DNA of 64,000 nt from Nitrosopumilaceae archaeon (GTDB taxonomy: Archaea > Thermoproteota > Nitrososphaeria > Nitrososphaerales > Nitrosopumilaceae): positions 768,001-832,000 of the forward strand of contig CBDCCK010000002.1 in NCBI GenBank assembly GCA_965214835.1, given 5' to 3'. Each line of letters begins with the position of its first letter. The first letter of the stretch is position 1. Positions 18,806 to 28,420 of the stretch are shown one piece after another. Under the pieces are notes generated by a model that worked only from the letters and a program-made list of their open reading frames with translations, made no database searches and was not told the origin of the DNA. The position numbers were made by a program, and so were the translations under genes.

Positions 18806-19960
18806 CTATACGCTTTCAAATACATGTACGGCGCAGCTTGCGCCCGTTGCGCCAAAGTTATGAGTCAGTCCGACGTGTGCGTCTTTAACGGCCCGCTCGC
18901 CTGCCTTGCCGGTCAGCTGATCGAAGACCTCGGCGACCTGGCCTACGCCTGTCGCGCCAATGGGATGGCCCTTTGACTTTAGCCCGCCGGAGGGATTGAT
19001 GGAGATTTCAGAGTTTAGCCTTGTTCTGCCCTCCGTTGCAGCCTTGGCACCCTCGCCCTTTTCAAAGAATCCCAGATCCTCGGTGTCGACTATCTCCGCA
19101 ATTGTAAAGCAGTCGTGAACCTCTGCAAAGTCAATGTCCTTTGCGGTGATGCCTGCCATCCTGTACGCCTTTTCGGCCGCAATCTTGGTGCTCGGGATTG
19201 TCGTCATGTGCTCCCTTCCCTGCAGCGCCGCAGGAGAGCCGCCGCGTCCCGAGCCGGTCACTCTGACATAGTCCTTGGAGTGCTCCCTTGCAAATTTTTC
19301 ATTGCACAGTATTACGGAGCTTGCGCCATCCGAAAACGGACAGCAGTCATAAAGTTTCAGGGGGCTCGCCACAACTGCGGAGCTGAGTACATCATCAACT
19401 GAGATTCTTTTTCTCAGATGTGCCTTTGGATTCAAGGCTCCGTTTTCGTGGTTTTTAACTGCTACGTTTGCAAAGTCCTCCTCGGTGGTTTTGAACTCGG
19501 TCAGGTACGCCCTGGCCATGGATGCAAACAGCCCGGGGAACGAGGCGCCTGCCTGTCCCTCGTAGAAGAAATCAGAGCAATATGAAAAGTAGGTCGTGGT
19601 CCATTCGGTACCCGTATGGGTCACCTTCTCGACGCCGGTTACCAAGACTGCGTCATAAAATCCCGCCGCGACGTTTGCAAACGCCTCCCTGAACGATACC
19701 GAGCCGCTTCCACACGCGGACTCGATGGACAGTGACGGCTTGTCGGGAATGCCCAGATTGCTCATCACCACGGGGCCCAGGTGGACCTGCCTGTCTGCAA
19801 TCCCAAACACGTTGGATATGTAGCCTGCCTCAATCTCCTTTGGATCGATTCCCGCGCCCTCAATGGCATCAACGGATGCCTGAACCGTGATGTCTGAAAT
19901 GCTGTCCTCTAATTTGCCGTATTTTGTGCTGCCTGCACCAAGAACGCAAACACTTTCCAC
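18806..19960 (-). CDS. Acetyl-CoA acetyltransferase (archaeal thiolase)
   Basis: ESACGSG, EVHDCF, NPSGGLKSKGHPIGATG. Confidence 0.93.
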   Translation of the reverse strand: MESVCVLGAGSTKYGKLEDSISDITVQASVDAIEGAGIDPKEIEAGYISNVFGIADRQVHLGPVVMSNLGIPDKPSLSIESACGSGSVSFREAFANVAAGFYDAVLVTGVEKVTHTGTEWTTTYFSYCSDFFYEGQAGASFPGLFASMARAYLTEFKTTEEDFANVAVKNHENGALNPKAHLRKRISVDDVLSSAVVASPLKLYDCCPFSDGASSVILCNEKFAREHSKDYVRVTGSGRGGSPAALQGREHMTTIPSTKIAAEKAYRMAGITAKDIDFAEVHDCFTIAEIVDTEDLGFFEKGEGAKAATEGRTRLNSEISINPSGGLKSKGHPIGATGVGQVAEVFDQLTGKAGERAVKDAHVGLTHNFGATGASCAVHVFESV

Positions 19961-20013
19961 AAATGTTGTTGACCGAGGTCCCTATAAAAATTCTTCAAAA
20001 ACATAATCAGGGT

Positions 20014-20469
20014 ATGGCCGGACACTCCAAGACAAAGACTGAAAGGACTGCAGGATCCAGGGCCGGATCCCGCCATGCCGTAAAGGCCACAAAGTCCGGC
20101 GTCAGGGATCTAAAGGCGGAGATCACGCAGTATTTTGATTCAGACGGCTATCTTTCATGGTCTGCAAAAAAGAAAAAATATCAGATCCTGGGCACCAACG
20201 CTCCAAAGGACGGACTAGCAGAGTGTCCCGAGTGCAAAATCGGCCAGCTGGTGGTAATCAGGTCCCCCAAGACAAAAAAGCGGTTCATAGGCTGCTCAAA
20301 CTATGGCAACGGCTGCAGGGCCTCGTCGCCGCTACTGCAAAAGGCAATGCTCAGGGTCACAAAGGCCAAGTGCAAGATCTGTGCGTGGCCGGTCGTTGTT
20401 TTCCGCTATTCCAGAAAGCAGGCGTGGACGAGGCGGTGCTCCAACATCAACTGCAGGCACCAGGGCTAG
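20014..20469 (+). CDS. Stand-alone topoisomerase-type C4 zinc-finger protein
   Basis: CPECKIG...RFIGCSNY...C and CKIC...CSNINC. Confidence 0.75.
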   Translation: MAGHSKTKTERTAGSRAGSRHAVKATKSGVRDLKAEITQYFDSDGYLSWSAKKKKYQILGTNAPKDGLAECPECKIGQLVVIRSPKTKKRFIGCSNYGNGCRASSPLLQKAMLRVTKAKCKICAWPVVVFRYSRKQAWTRRCSNINCRHQG

Positions 20470-21275
20470 TCTTCAAAGTCGGCATAAAGATCGGTCCTGC
20501 GGTTCTCAAGCAGCGGCAGGGCCCTTCTCACCCTCTTGATCTGGGATCCGTCTATCTTGACAACTGCAAGGCCACGCCTCTTCCTCATGTCCAGGAGAAC
20601 CTTTCCATACGGATCAACGACGATGCTGCGCCCGCAGTAGATGTTTCCGACCTGATCAGGGGAGATGACAAAGCATCCGTTCTCGATTGCGCGCGTCCTG
20701 TTGATGGCAATCCAGTGCTCCTCCTTCATCTTGCCGCGCACCCATGCAGACGGGGCGACTAGGACCTCGGTTCCCGCGGCAGCCAGCTTTCTTGACATCT
20801 CCGGAAAGCGCAGGTCGTAGCAGATCATCATTCCGATTTTTCCGATTCTAGACGCCTGCGGCCCGGGAATCTGTGAGCCGGCTGCCAGTTTTTTTGATTC
20901 CCTGAATCCCAGCGCGTCGTAAAGGTGCACCTTGCGGTACTTGGAAACTAGCCTCCCCGAGGAGTCCATGAGAAAGGCAGTGTCAAAGACCTGTTTTTTT
21001 GACTCGCCTTTTTCATAAAGCGTTCCTACGACCTCGATGGAGCTTTCTTTGGCGGCCCGGGCGATCTCTTGTACAAAGGTCCCGGTGACCGGCTCTGCCA
21101 GCCTTGCCAACTCGGCAGGGGACTGCGTGGAGGGGGTGTAAAACATCATAAACTCCGGAAATGCGCAAAGTGAGGCCCCCCTTTTTGCAGCGTCCCTGAT
21201 GTACGCAATAATTTTTTCGAGGTTGGCCTCCTTGTCTGTGGATGCCCTGAGCTGCACCACTGCTACCTTTCTCAT
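20466..21275 (-). CDS. Carbon-nitrogen hydrolase (nitrilase family)
   Basis: FPE, YRKVHL, ICYDLRFPE catalytic triad. Confidence 0.92.
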   Translation of the reverse strand: MRKVAVVQLRASTDKEANLEKIIAYIRDAAKRGASLCAFPEFMMFYTPSTQSPAELARLAEPVTGTFVQEIARAAKESSIEVVGTLYEKGESKKQVFDTAFLMDSSGRLVSKYRKVHLYDALGFRESKKLAAGSQIPGPQASRIGKIGMMICYDLRFPEMSRKLAAAGTEVLVAPSAWVRGKMKEEHWIAINRTRAIENGCFVISPDQVGNIYCGRSIVVDPYGKVLLDMRKRRGLAVVKIDGSQIKRVRRALPLLENRRTDLYADFED

Positions 21276-21309
21276 GGTGTCTGCATACAGGCCGGAAATA
21301 AAAATATGG

Positions 21310-21486
21310 TTAAAGCTGCCTGCCTGCAAGAAACCAGTTTTCCTTTGGGTTCTCGTCAAAGACAACTATGACGTGCTCCTCCCTTGTCTTTAGGATCTCG
21401 ACGGCCGACTTTGTTATGGCCCTGGCATAGTCTTCCTTCTGCTGCCGGGTTCTGCCCGGATACATTGAGACTGTGACTAGTGGCAT
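21310..21486 (-). CDS. 4-oxalocrotonate tautomerase family protein
   Basis: Catalytic Pro after Met (MPLV), GRT..QK, ENW..G. Confidence 0.88.
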   Translation of the reverse strand: MPLVTVSMYPGRTRQQKEDYARAITKSAVEILKTREEHVIVVFDENPKENWFLAGRQL

Positions 21487-21520
21487 GGATGACATCCGGG
21501 CGGGGGGAATTTATTTTGAG

Positions 21521-22270
21521 CTAGTCCCCCTTCCACCCGTATCGCGTGCCGTATGTAAACTCGTTTCTGTGCATTTTCTTGTATGCAAGGCCCGTGGCGA
21601 CGCCGATTGCAAACCCGCCTATGTGTGCCATGAAGGCAACCCCGCCGCCCGCTACGCCGAATCCCCCGATCATAAACGGGATCAGGTTTTGGAAGATCAG
21701 CCAGAACGGCAGGAACCACCTGGCCTGGACATGGATGAAAAAGTAGAACATCAGCGTCAGGATTTTCGCGCGCGGGAAGATCACCAGGTAGGCGCCCAGT
21801 ATCCCGGAGATTGCGCCCGATGCGCCGACTGCCGGAATTATGCTGTTGGGATCAACGGCCATGTGGGCAAGTCCTGCGACGATCCCCCACATCAGATAGA
21901 TTGCAAGGAACTTTGCGCGTCCGAGCTTTAGCTCTATGTTGTCGCCAAATATCCACAGATACAGCATGTTTCCACCAAAGTGCATCAGGCCGCCGTGCAT
22001 GAACATGGAGCTAAGCAGGGTGGCATACTGCATGTCGGGGCACGGAATCCGGTACGGCCCGTTGCTGATGAAATCGGCACCGTTGATGCACGCGGGAACC
22101 GCGCCCCACTCGTAAAACAGCAGGGCGGCATTCTGGTTGGTAAAGTCAAAGAACTGTCCGGTTGCTGCCACCTCGTAAAAGAAGACGACTGCATTTGCGA
22201 TGATCAGCCCTATGGTCACCTTGGGCCGGTATCCCGGAGGGTGTGGGTTCTCATCGCGTAATGGGAGCAT
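21521..22270 (-). CDS. Rhomboid intramembrane serine protease
   Basis: SMFMHGG, GASGA, AHIGG. Confidence 0.92.
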   Translation of the reverse strand: MLPLRDENPHPPGYRPKVTIGLIIANAVVFFYEVAATGQFFDFTNQNAALLFYEWGAVPACINGADFISNGPYRIPCPDMQYATLLSSMFMHGGLMHFGGNMLYLWIFGDNIELKLGRAKFLAIYLMWGIVAGLAHMAVDPNSIIPAVGASGAISGILGAYLVIFPRAKILTLMFYFFIHVQARWFLPFWLIFQNLIPFMIGGFGVAGGGVAFMAHIGGFAIGVATGLAYKKMHRNEFTYGTRYGWKGD

Positions 22271-22324
22271 GGGTTGTTCAGCTGAGTGGAAAAATCGTAT
22301 AATAGTTTTTGTCGGAGCCTCGTC

Positions 22325-22413
22325 GTAGGAGCTTGCCCCTGGGCGGCACTGCAGGCCGGAACCCCGATCACCATGCCCGCCACGCCGCATCCCCTAGAGG
22401 GGCAAACTCATGC
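22325..22413 (-). mobile_element. ~90-bp MITE-like element (family 2), copy C
   Basis: Collinear with reverse complement of 6412-6502 (gaacc..gatcacc.tgcc..ccacgcc); TIRs gagcttgcccc / ggggcaaactc. Confidence 0.7.
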
Positions 22414-22689
22414 AGTAGGCGTCAGGGACGGTGCGGCCGTCGGCGCACACGTGATGGCGACTACCAGCAGGGGAAGTACGTACTGGATGGGCGCTCTTCA
22501 CACGTGCCCGGGATCGGGTGACCGACGGATGTTTCCCGGTGTGAGAGGTTCTTCTACAGGAATAGGCAGCTGTGCCGGCCCGCATGATCCCGGATGGAGG
22601 GGATGCCAGAGCGAAAAGGGATCCGAGACGGAGAGGGGGATATCAGTGACTAGCGAACATGACTCTAACATAACACCGCAGATAAGCTC

Positions 22690-22845
22690 CTGCAGGGCGC
22701 CCTCCTGTAGGCCATACTGCGACTGGATTTGGTAATATTCTGTAAATTCAGGATCCGAGGACTCGAATGTTTTATCTATCGGATCAGTATATCCGAGCCG
22801 TTCAAGCTCCACATCAGCTGCATCAAGGCTCATCTTTGCAGTCAA
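22690..22845 (-). pseudogene. Truncated N-terminus of a possible GNAT-type toxin
   Basis: LERLGYTDPIDKTFESSDPEFTEYYQIQS resembles the N-terminus of GNAT toxins; starts ~8 nt after a small antitoxin-like ORF. Confidence 0.35.
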
Positions 22846-22853
22846 AAGAGAAA

Positions 22854-22997
22854 TCAGTAGTTCCTCTTGATTTTTGAGGCGCGTTCCAGAGCTTTCTTTA
22901 CAGTGGCAATTGATTCATCGGTTGGGCCAGTTTTCAACATGTCTTGAACTTGGGCCCATTGTTTCTTATCCAGTGGCTTGACTTTTCTTAATGCCAA
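22854..22997 (-). CDS. 47-aa antitoxin-like protein (not in ORF track)
   Basis: TTG start, MALRKVKPLDKKQWAQVQDMLKTGPTDESIATVKKALERASKIKRNY; TATA-like tttaaat ~25 bp upstream; resembles DUF1778/TacA C-terminal helices. Confidence 0.5.
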   Translation of the reverse strand: MALRKVKPLDKKQWAQVQDMLKTGPTDESIATVKKALERASKIKRNY

Positions 22998-23046
22998 GTT
23001 ATGACGATAACGGAATCATTATTTAAAACTGACACTTTTTGCAGTC

Positions 23047-23135
23047 ATAAGAGCTTGCCTCTCCCGAAGATACGGCCAGAGGGGCATGGTCATGAAGGCC
23101 CTGATCGAGTGCCGCCCAGGTGGTAAAGCCCTTAC
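23047..23135 (+). mobile_element. ~90-bp MITE-like element (family 2), copy D
   Basis: taagagcttgcctctcccgaagatacggc matches reverse complement of the 54491 copy; right end ggtaaagcccttac. Confidence 0.65.
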
Positions 23136-23260
23136 GGCATCATCCTGCACTGAACCTGACATTGCAGGCAGGGCAGAACCAGGACTCGCCTTCGCCCTGC
23201 TCTCGGAACATGAACCCCCTGCATCTGGGGCAGGGCCGGATCTCCTCGCTCAAAGGACGC

Positions 23261-23476
23261 CTAGGTCCATGACTTTGGGCCTTTTTTCCAGATTAGCTTG
23301 TCATCGATGTAGACCTTGTCTTTTTCCTCGAATACCGTGTGCCACTTGCCGTTGTGTGGAAACAGGCTGTTCATTTCCTCGACCTTGTCATGGGTGGGAG
23401 GCCTGTTCATTAGTGCGCCCCACTTCATGTCAGGGATCTTTGGCATGATATCATTGATGTCCTTCATCAGGCACAC
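23261..23476 (-). CDS. Small hypothetical protein
   Basis: Globular-looking ORF co-oriented with upstream gene; real start may be MKDIND. Confidence 0.65.
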   Translation of the reverse strand: MCLMKDINDIMPKIPDMKWGALMNRPPTHDKVEEMNSLFPHNGKWHTVFEEKDKVYIDDKLIWKKGPKSWT

Positions 23477-25144
23477 CTAGACGGTAATTACTCCGTTTTC
23501 AATCAGCCATGCAATTCCGCTTACAAAGGCCTCATCGCCAATGATTCCCGCAGACCAAGCCCCTGCGGTGTCCTTTACCCAGCTTGGAACGGAGCTGGCC
23601 GCATCTCCTGCCACCTCGGCCGGAGGAATCACTATGACGCCGTTGTCGATCAGCCATTCAATTCCCAGGATAAAGGTAGAGTCGTCGATCACTCCCTGAG
23701 ACCAAGCTTGTGCGCTGGTTTTAATCCAGCCCGGAAGCCTGACCTCTGTTTCCTGTGTGGCGGTCTCTTTTACCATGCCAGATGACGGCCCCACCTCGAT
23801 CATGGCAGAGCCGACCCCGGAATACGTAGGATCAAAGTCCAGTCCCTGACCCAGAATCCAGACATCAATGCGGTAGGTATCCTGTGTCGGAATTGTAATC
23901 CTCTGAACATCGATTCCCTCTGATGCCTCAATTCCAAGACTGCCTGCATCGGTGCCGGCAGACATGATGGTCTCGTTGGTATCGTCGTTAATTACATAAT
24001 ATGCATACCTTACATCCCTGAGCAGGTTTTCCGACTCGTCAAAGAAGGCAAAGTCAAACGGAATCTCGTCGTTTACACCGTAGGCGCTGTCCCACGAGAT
24101 GTTTACAGTCGAGTTCACTCGTGCGCCGTCATCTAGATTGACCAGATAAAACTCTGCAGAGTTTCTTACGACCTCGCCCTGCGGGACTATCTCAAAGGAC
24201 ATCTTTTTACTGGCGTGGTTGTCAGGGCCAAGCTGCTGGTTTATTCTTTCCAGCTCAGGGCCGGTCACCAGAAAGTGAAGTATGTTGGTATCATTAAAGG
24301 AATATGGATCCAACAGCAGTACCCGGTTATCAACCTCTATGCCGTTTACATATCCCTTGAAGCTGGTTCCGTTTGCATAGGGATCAAAGGTTTTTGGGAA
24401 TCTGATTTCCTCGTGTACAACCTGCACCTGCGAGATGTATTCGGGATCCCAGTCAAATGGCATCTCAAACGTAACCGAGTCATCCTCACCAGAATAATCA
24501 AACGAGGTGATATCGTCATAGTATGTCTTGACAATTACCGGAACCTCCTGGGCCTGTGCGGTCTGTATTAGAAAGTCCTGCTCTTGGGCCACGCTTACAA
24601 AGGTCTCAAACTCCAATGGATCGGCTACTAGGGTCTTTGGGCTGGAGGCGCTCTCAATGATTGTCTTGATATTGTACAGTCCGCCCTTGTCAAATATCGG
24701 CCCCTTGATGACGGGTCGTCCCTCGCCCCTTGCAAACAGTCCGCCTGCAATGGTATGTTTCTCGCCAAAGTAGTCGGTGCACTCCCAAAGTTTGACTTCA
24801 CCGCATGAAAATACGGGCCTGACCTCCACATCAAGAGTCCCATCAACATCATAGAAGGTATTGCGTGCCAGCAGGTCGCCGCTGCGCCAAATCTCGATTC
24901 TGTACAACACGTCGTTTAGGGTGGCATTGGTAAGGGTGTCAAAGAACTTTATCTGCACGTTTGCATCATCTATCTCTCCAACAGTAATATCAGAAGGCGA
25001 AAGCTCGGTTCTGACCGTGACATCCATTCCCTCAAAGCTGATTGGAAGGGCCTGATCTGCGCCCAGTCCGTGACCATAGGCATCGGCGGCATACGGAATG
25101 GCAATGAATCCCAGCAGTGAAAAAACGAGTACGATCCTGTACAA
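23477..25144 (-). CDS. Secreted thaumarchaeal surface protein with two C-terminal W(I/V)K..A.AWS.G repeats
   Basis: Signal peptide, HGLG N-terminus, acidic; paralogue of 37542-38924. Confidence 0.8.
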   Translation of the reverse strand: MYRIVLVFSLLGFIAIPYAADAYGHGLGADQALPISFEGMDVTVRTELSPSDITVGEIDDANVQIKFFDTLTNATLNDVLYRIEIWRSGDLLARNTFYDVDGTLDVEVRPVFSCGEVKLWECTDYFGEKHTIAGGLFARGEGRPVIKGPIFDKGGLYNIKTIIESASSPKTLVADPLEFETFVSVAQEQDFLIQTAQAQEVPVIVKTYYDDITSFDYSGEDDSVTFEMPFDWDPEYISQVQVVHEEIRFPKTFDPYANGTSFKGYVNGIEVDNRVLLLDPYSFNDTNILHFLVTGPELERINQQLGPDNHASKKMSFEIVPQGEVVRNSAEFYLVNLDDGARVNSTVNISWDSAYGVNDEIPFDFAFFDESENLLRDVRYAYYVINDDTNETIMSAGTDAGSLGIEASEGIDVQRITIPTQDTYRIDVWILGQGLDFDPTYSGVGSAMIEVGPSSGMVKETATQETEVRLPGWIKTSAQAWSQGVIDDSTFILGIEWLIDNGVIVIPPAEVAGDAASSVPSWVKDTAGAWSAGIIGDEAFVSGIAWLIENGVITV

Positions 25145-25261
25145 GTATTGTAATTTGGTGTTTTTCCTTATTTAAGTATACGACTGAATTCCCACCGGTG
25201 CAAGGTCTGCCGGCACGGCAGATTTCATAATTTTTATTACTGGTTCTGGAAAATCCAAGGT

Positions 25262-26083
25262 GTGAGAATTCTTGCAGTCTTGTTGCTGGTACCGCTAATG
25301 ACAGTTCCTGCGTTTGCAGAAACGCTGCCCACAGATATAGGCAGCCTAGATGTGGAGTTTACAACGACGCCGGAAGACTTTGCGGCAGGAGAGGAGATCC
25401 GCATGAACTTGAACTTTATCAATCCGGTAACACAGACTACGCAGATTCACATCGACTACTATGTCACGGTACTTGAGGACGGAAAAGAGATTTTTGGCCC
25501 GACAAACAGGCTTCATACTGCAACAGGTGAGATAAGCATACCCATTCAATTCCAAAGGGACGGCCAGTATGAAGTCAGGGCGGAGGTGGACGGGATTTTG
25601 TGGAACAACATGCCGACAGAGACGGTCTCCTTCAGTGTCGCAGTCGGCCAGGAATCCGATGGTGCCGTTCCCCCGGAAACGAACGGGGACGACAACGGCT
25701 GTCTGATTGCGACGGCAGCATATGGCTCGGAGCTATCCGACGAGGTGCAGATGCTGCGGGAAATCAGGGATAACTCCCTGCTTGCGACAGATTCAGGCTC
25801 GGCATTTATGGCGGGATTCAACCAGATGTACTACTCGTTTTCTCCGGCAATTGCCGACTTGGAAAGGCAAAGTCCGGCATTCAGGGAATTGGTAAGGGCC
25901 GCCATAACTCCGCTACTTGCATCACTGTCCATACTGAACCATGTAAGCATGGATTCCGAAGGGGAGGTACTTGGATATGGCATCGGGGTGATAGTCCTTA
26001 ACCTGGGGATGTACATCGTACTGCCCCTAGCTGGAGTTCTAAAGCTGTGCCAGGTTCGCAAAAACCGTACAGGTCTGCCTTGA
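25262..26083 (+). CDS. CFI-box-CTERM domain surface protein
   Basis: Signal peptide; GCLIATAAYGSEL...LREIRD...YYSFSP; C-terminal TM helix. Confidence 0.85.
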   Translation: MRILAVLLLVPLMTVPAFAETLPTDIGSLDVEFTTTPEDFAAGEEIRMNLNFINPVTQTTQIHIDYYVTVLEDGKEIFGPTNRLHTATGEISIPIQFQRDGQYEVRAEVDGILWNNMPTETVSFSVAVGQESDGAVPPETNGDDNGCLIATAAYGSELSDEVQMLREIRDNSLLATDSGSAFMAGFNQMYYSFSPAIADLERQSPAFRELVRAAITPLLASLSILNHVSMDSEGEVLGYGIGVIVLNLGMYIVLPLAGVLKLCQVRKNRTGLP

Positions 26084-26136
26084 TCCCATGCCATGCCGGA
26101 TAGCCCCGAACCCTTTGGTAGCATTGTTTATACCGC

Positions 26137-26502
26137 ATGATCCGATCATGGATCTCGTTGGTCGAGTATACCAGAATACAAAAGATCATAGAATCCTCAA
26201 GATCCCACAAGATACACTATATTTCCAAAAACCCCAACTTTGACTTTCCGGCGGTGTATCTGATCTCCAACTCCAGGGTCATCTATGTCGGCGAGACAAA
26301 CTCCCTGTACCACAGGATGGGGGAGCACCAGCACGGCATAGGACGCTACAGCCTTCTACCAAAGCTAGAAAAGTACGGGCTGTCCGTCGACATGTCCGCA
26401 TATCACGTGCAGTACATCAAGGTCGAGGAGTACAGGGAGAGAAAGTTTACAGAGGACATGCTAAAGTCCATGTACAGGCCGTATCTGAACTACCGCAGGT
26501 GA
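26137..26502 (+). CDS. GIY-YIG nuclease family protein
   Basis: AVYLI...IYVGET..L..R..EH, late Glu and P.LN. Confidence 0.75.
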   Translation: MIRSWISLVEYTRIQKIIESSRSHKIHYISKNPNFDFPAVYLISNSRVIYVGETNSLYHRMGEHQHGIGRYSLLPKLEKYGLSVDMSAYHVQYIKVEEYRERKFTEDMLKSMYRPYLNYRR

Positions 26503-26632
26503 CGGTGCGAAAAAAACCAAGTGCGAGACAAGCAGTTGCTGGCCGAGTCCGGAGTGAAACGTGATGTCAGAAGGGGACAAACTGCTTGCTGGATCCCACA
26601 AGTTTTTATTTACCCAGACGGGGTTTTCAGTA

Positions 26633-27682
26633 ATGAAGACAATAGCAATAGGATCTCTATTTGTTCTATTTGCTGCAGTTGCAGGAATCAACGCGGTTCC
26701 ATCAGCATTCGCAGATCATCCAACGGCCGGGGTCGGATTCAAGGAGGGTTCCGGATTCTCACAGGAATGTGTAGAAACAGACGATTGTTTTACACCGGCA
26801 ACCGTTACCGTTGACGTTGGAGGGGAAGTCGTGTGGACCAACGAAGACTCTCAAATTCATAACGTGGTGTCCGGCGGACTTGATGATATGAAAGCAGACA
26901 CTGTTGGCACTAATTGGCCAAATGGTGAAGGCGCTGAAGGAAACATAGGATTCGATAGCTCATTTATGATGCAGGGAGATGTGTTCAAACACAAGTTTGA
27001 TGCTCCCGGAGAATACCCATACGTTTGCACCCTTCATCCTTGGATGATGGGCACTGTCATTGTAGAAGATGCAGCGAACGGCGACAAAGACATGCATGTG
27101 GACGGCGATGCAATGGACGGCGATGCAATGGACGGCGATGCAATGGACGGCGATGCAATGGACGGCGATGCAATGGACGGCGATGCAATGGACGGCGATG
27201 CAATGGACGGCGATGCAATGGACGGCGATGCAATGGACGGCGATGCAATGCACCCAATGTCAATTGAAGACGTGATGGCCGAGATCACCACCGGAGAAGG
27301 CATGATGGGAAGCCCGCTGACTATCGATGTGACCATCACCGATATGGAGGGCAAAGCACTTGAACATGTCAACTTCAAGGTGACTGCAATGCAAGGCGAC
27401 AAGGTTGTTTATCAAACAACAGACAAAGAACACTCGCATACGGGCATAGCAGACCAGATTACAACTGCTCCACTGCCGGCAGATCCTTCTGAGGCAATGC
27501 CTGTCGACATTACTGTCGAGTTGTTAGGATTCGGCATTAATGAGATCGAGGGCCCGTCAGGTGAACTAGCTACGGCGCAAGTGGTTCCAGAATTCGGAAC
27601 AATTGCAATGATGATTCTTGGCATAGCCATAGTAAGCATTATTGCAGTGACTGCAAAATCCAGAGTAATTCCAAGAATTTAG
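26633..27682 (+). CDS. Blue (type 1) copper plastocyanin-like protein with PEFG-CTERM anchor
   Basis: HNV...YVCTLHPWM Cu ligands; VVPEFG + TM + basic tail; signal peptide from ATG 26633. Confidence 0.9.
   Translation: MKTIAIGSLFVLFAAVAGINAVPSAFADHPTAGVGFKEGSGFSQECVETDDCFTPATVTVDVGGEVVWTNEDSQIHNVVSGGLDDMKADTVGTNWPNGEGAEGNIGFDSSFMMQGDVFKHKFDAPGEYPYVCTLHPWMMGTVIVEDAANGDKDMHVDGDAMDGDAMDGDAMDGDAMDGDAMDGDAMDGDAMDGDAMDGDAMDGDAMHPMSIEDVMAEITTGEGMMGSPLTIDVTITDMEGKALEHVNFKVTAMQGDKVVYQTTDKEHSHTGIADQITTAPLPADPSEAMPVDITVELLGFGINEIEGPSGELATAQVVPEFGTIAMMILGIAIVSIIAVTAKSRVIPRI
27101..27250 (+). repeat. Perfect 15-bp tandem repeat x10 encoding (DGDAM)10
   Basis: gacggcgatgcaatg counted ten times. Confidence 0.97.
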
Positions 27683-27695
27683 GAATCTCTCTTTC

Positions 27696-28322
27696 TTACT
27701 TTCTTTTTAACATAGAGACAACGGCCAGGATTACGCCGGCTGCTCCCAGAGACAGGCCAAATACCGCAAAGTCATAGGCAGCACCGGTATCGGACGGCCC
27801 GGCAGAGATGCCGCCGGCCTTCAGGTCGGCTACATCCCTTTGTAGGGATGAGAGTGCCTGCTTTAGAGGCCCCAGGTCCTCAGAACCCGCGGTCTTTGGG
27901 GGAAAGTCCAGTATTGCAGTGGACTCGGCATCCTCTATCGGTACATCGACTGAGACCGGAACCCCGTTTATCTCCCCTGTCAGTTCTACCGAATAGCTTC
28001 CGGTCCTTGTAGGAATGATGTCTGCAGCATAGTGTCCTACCCGGAGGTTCGTATGTACGTCCAGCTGCTTGCTTGCGCCGCCGAATTTTACCACCGCATC
28101 AAGATTCTGAAACGCGTTTTTCACGCCGGAGGACGTGCCGGGCGAGTCCCCCTGCTCAGAAACATGCAGTACAATAGTGTTGCGATAGCTCACGACGGGG
28201 GGCTCAATGCCCCAGCCCACCTCAATGGAGTAGGGGGCTACCTCAACGGTGGTATGTGCAGACGCGTATGAGATAAAGCCAAAAAACAGTAGCATGATAA
28301 AGGCAGCAAGCATTCCCCTCAT
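27696..28322 (-). CDS. Secreted, membrane-anchored hypothetical protein
   Basis: Signal peptide ending ASA-H, C-terminal TM + KRK; divergent from copCD fusion. Confidence 0.75.
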   Translation of the reverse strand: MRGMLAAFIMLLFFGFISYASAHTTVEVAPYSIEVGWGIEPPVVSYRNTIVLHVSEQGDSPGTSSGVKNAFQNLDAVVKFGGASKQLDVHTNLRVGHYAADIIPTRTGSYSVELTGEINGVPVSVDVPIEDAESTAILDFPPKTAGSEDLGPLKQALSSLQRDVADLKAGGISAGPSDTGAAYDFAVFGLSLGAAGVILAVVSMLKRK

Positions 28323-28420
28323 GTTGGTACTTGGGATTCGAACGGATTTTAACATTACTGGAAGTGGTACAAATTTCAAATGTGTCAACTGTTTAAATTA
28401 TCAGGCAATGAAAGGAGGTT

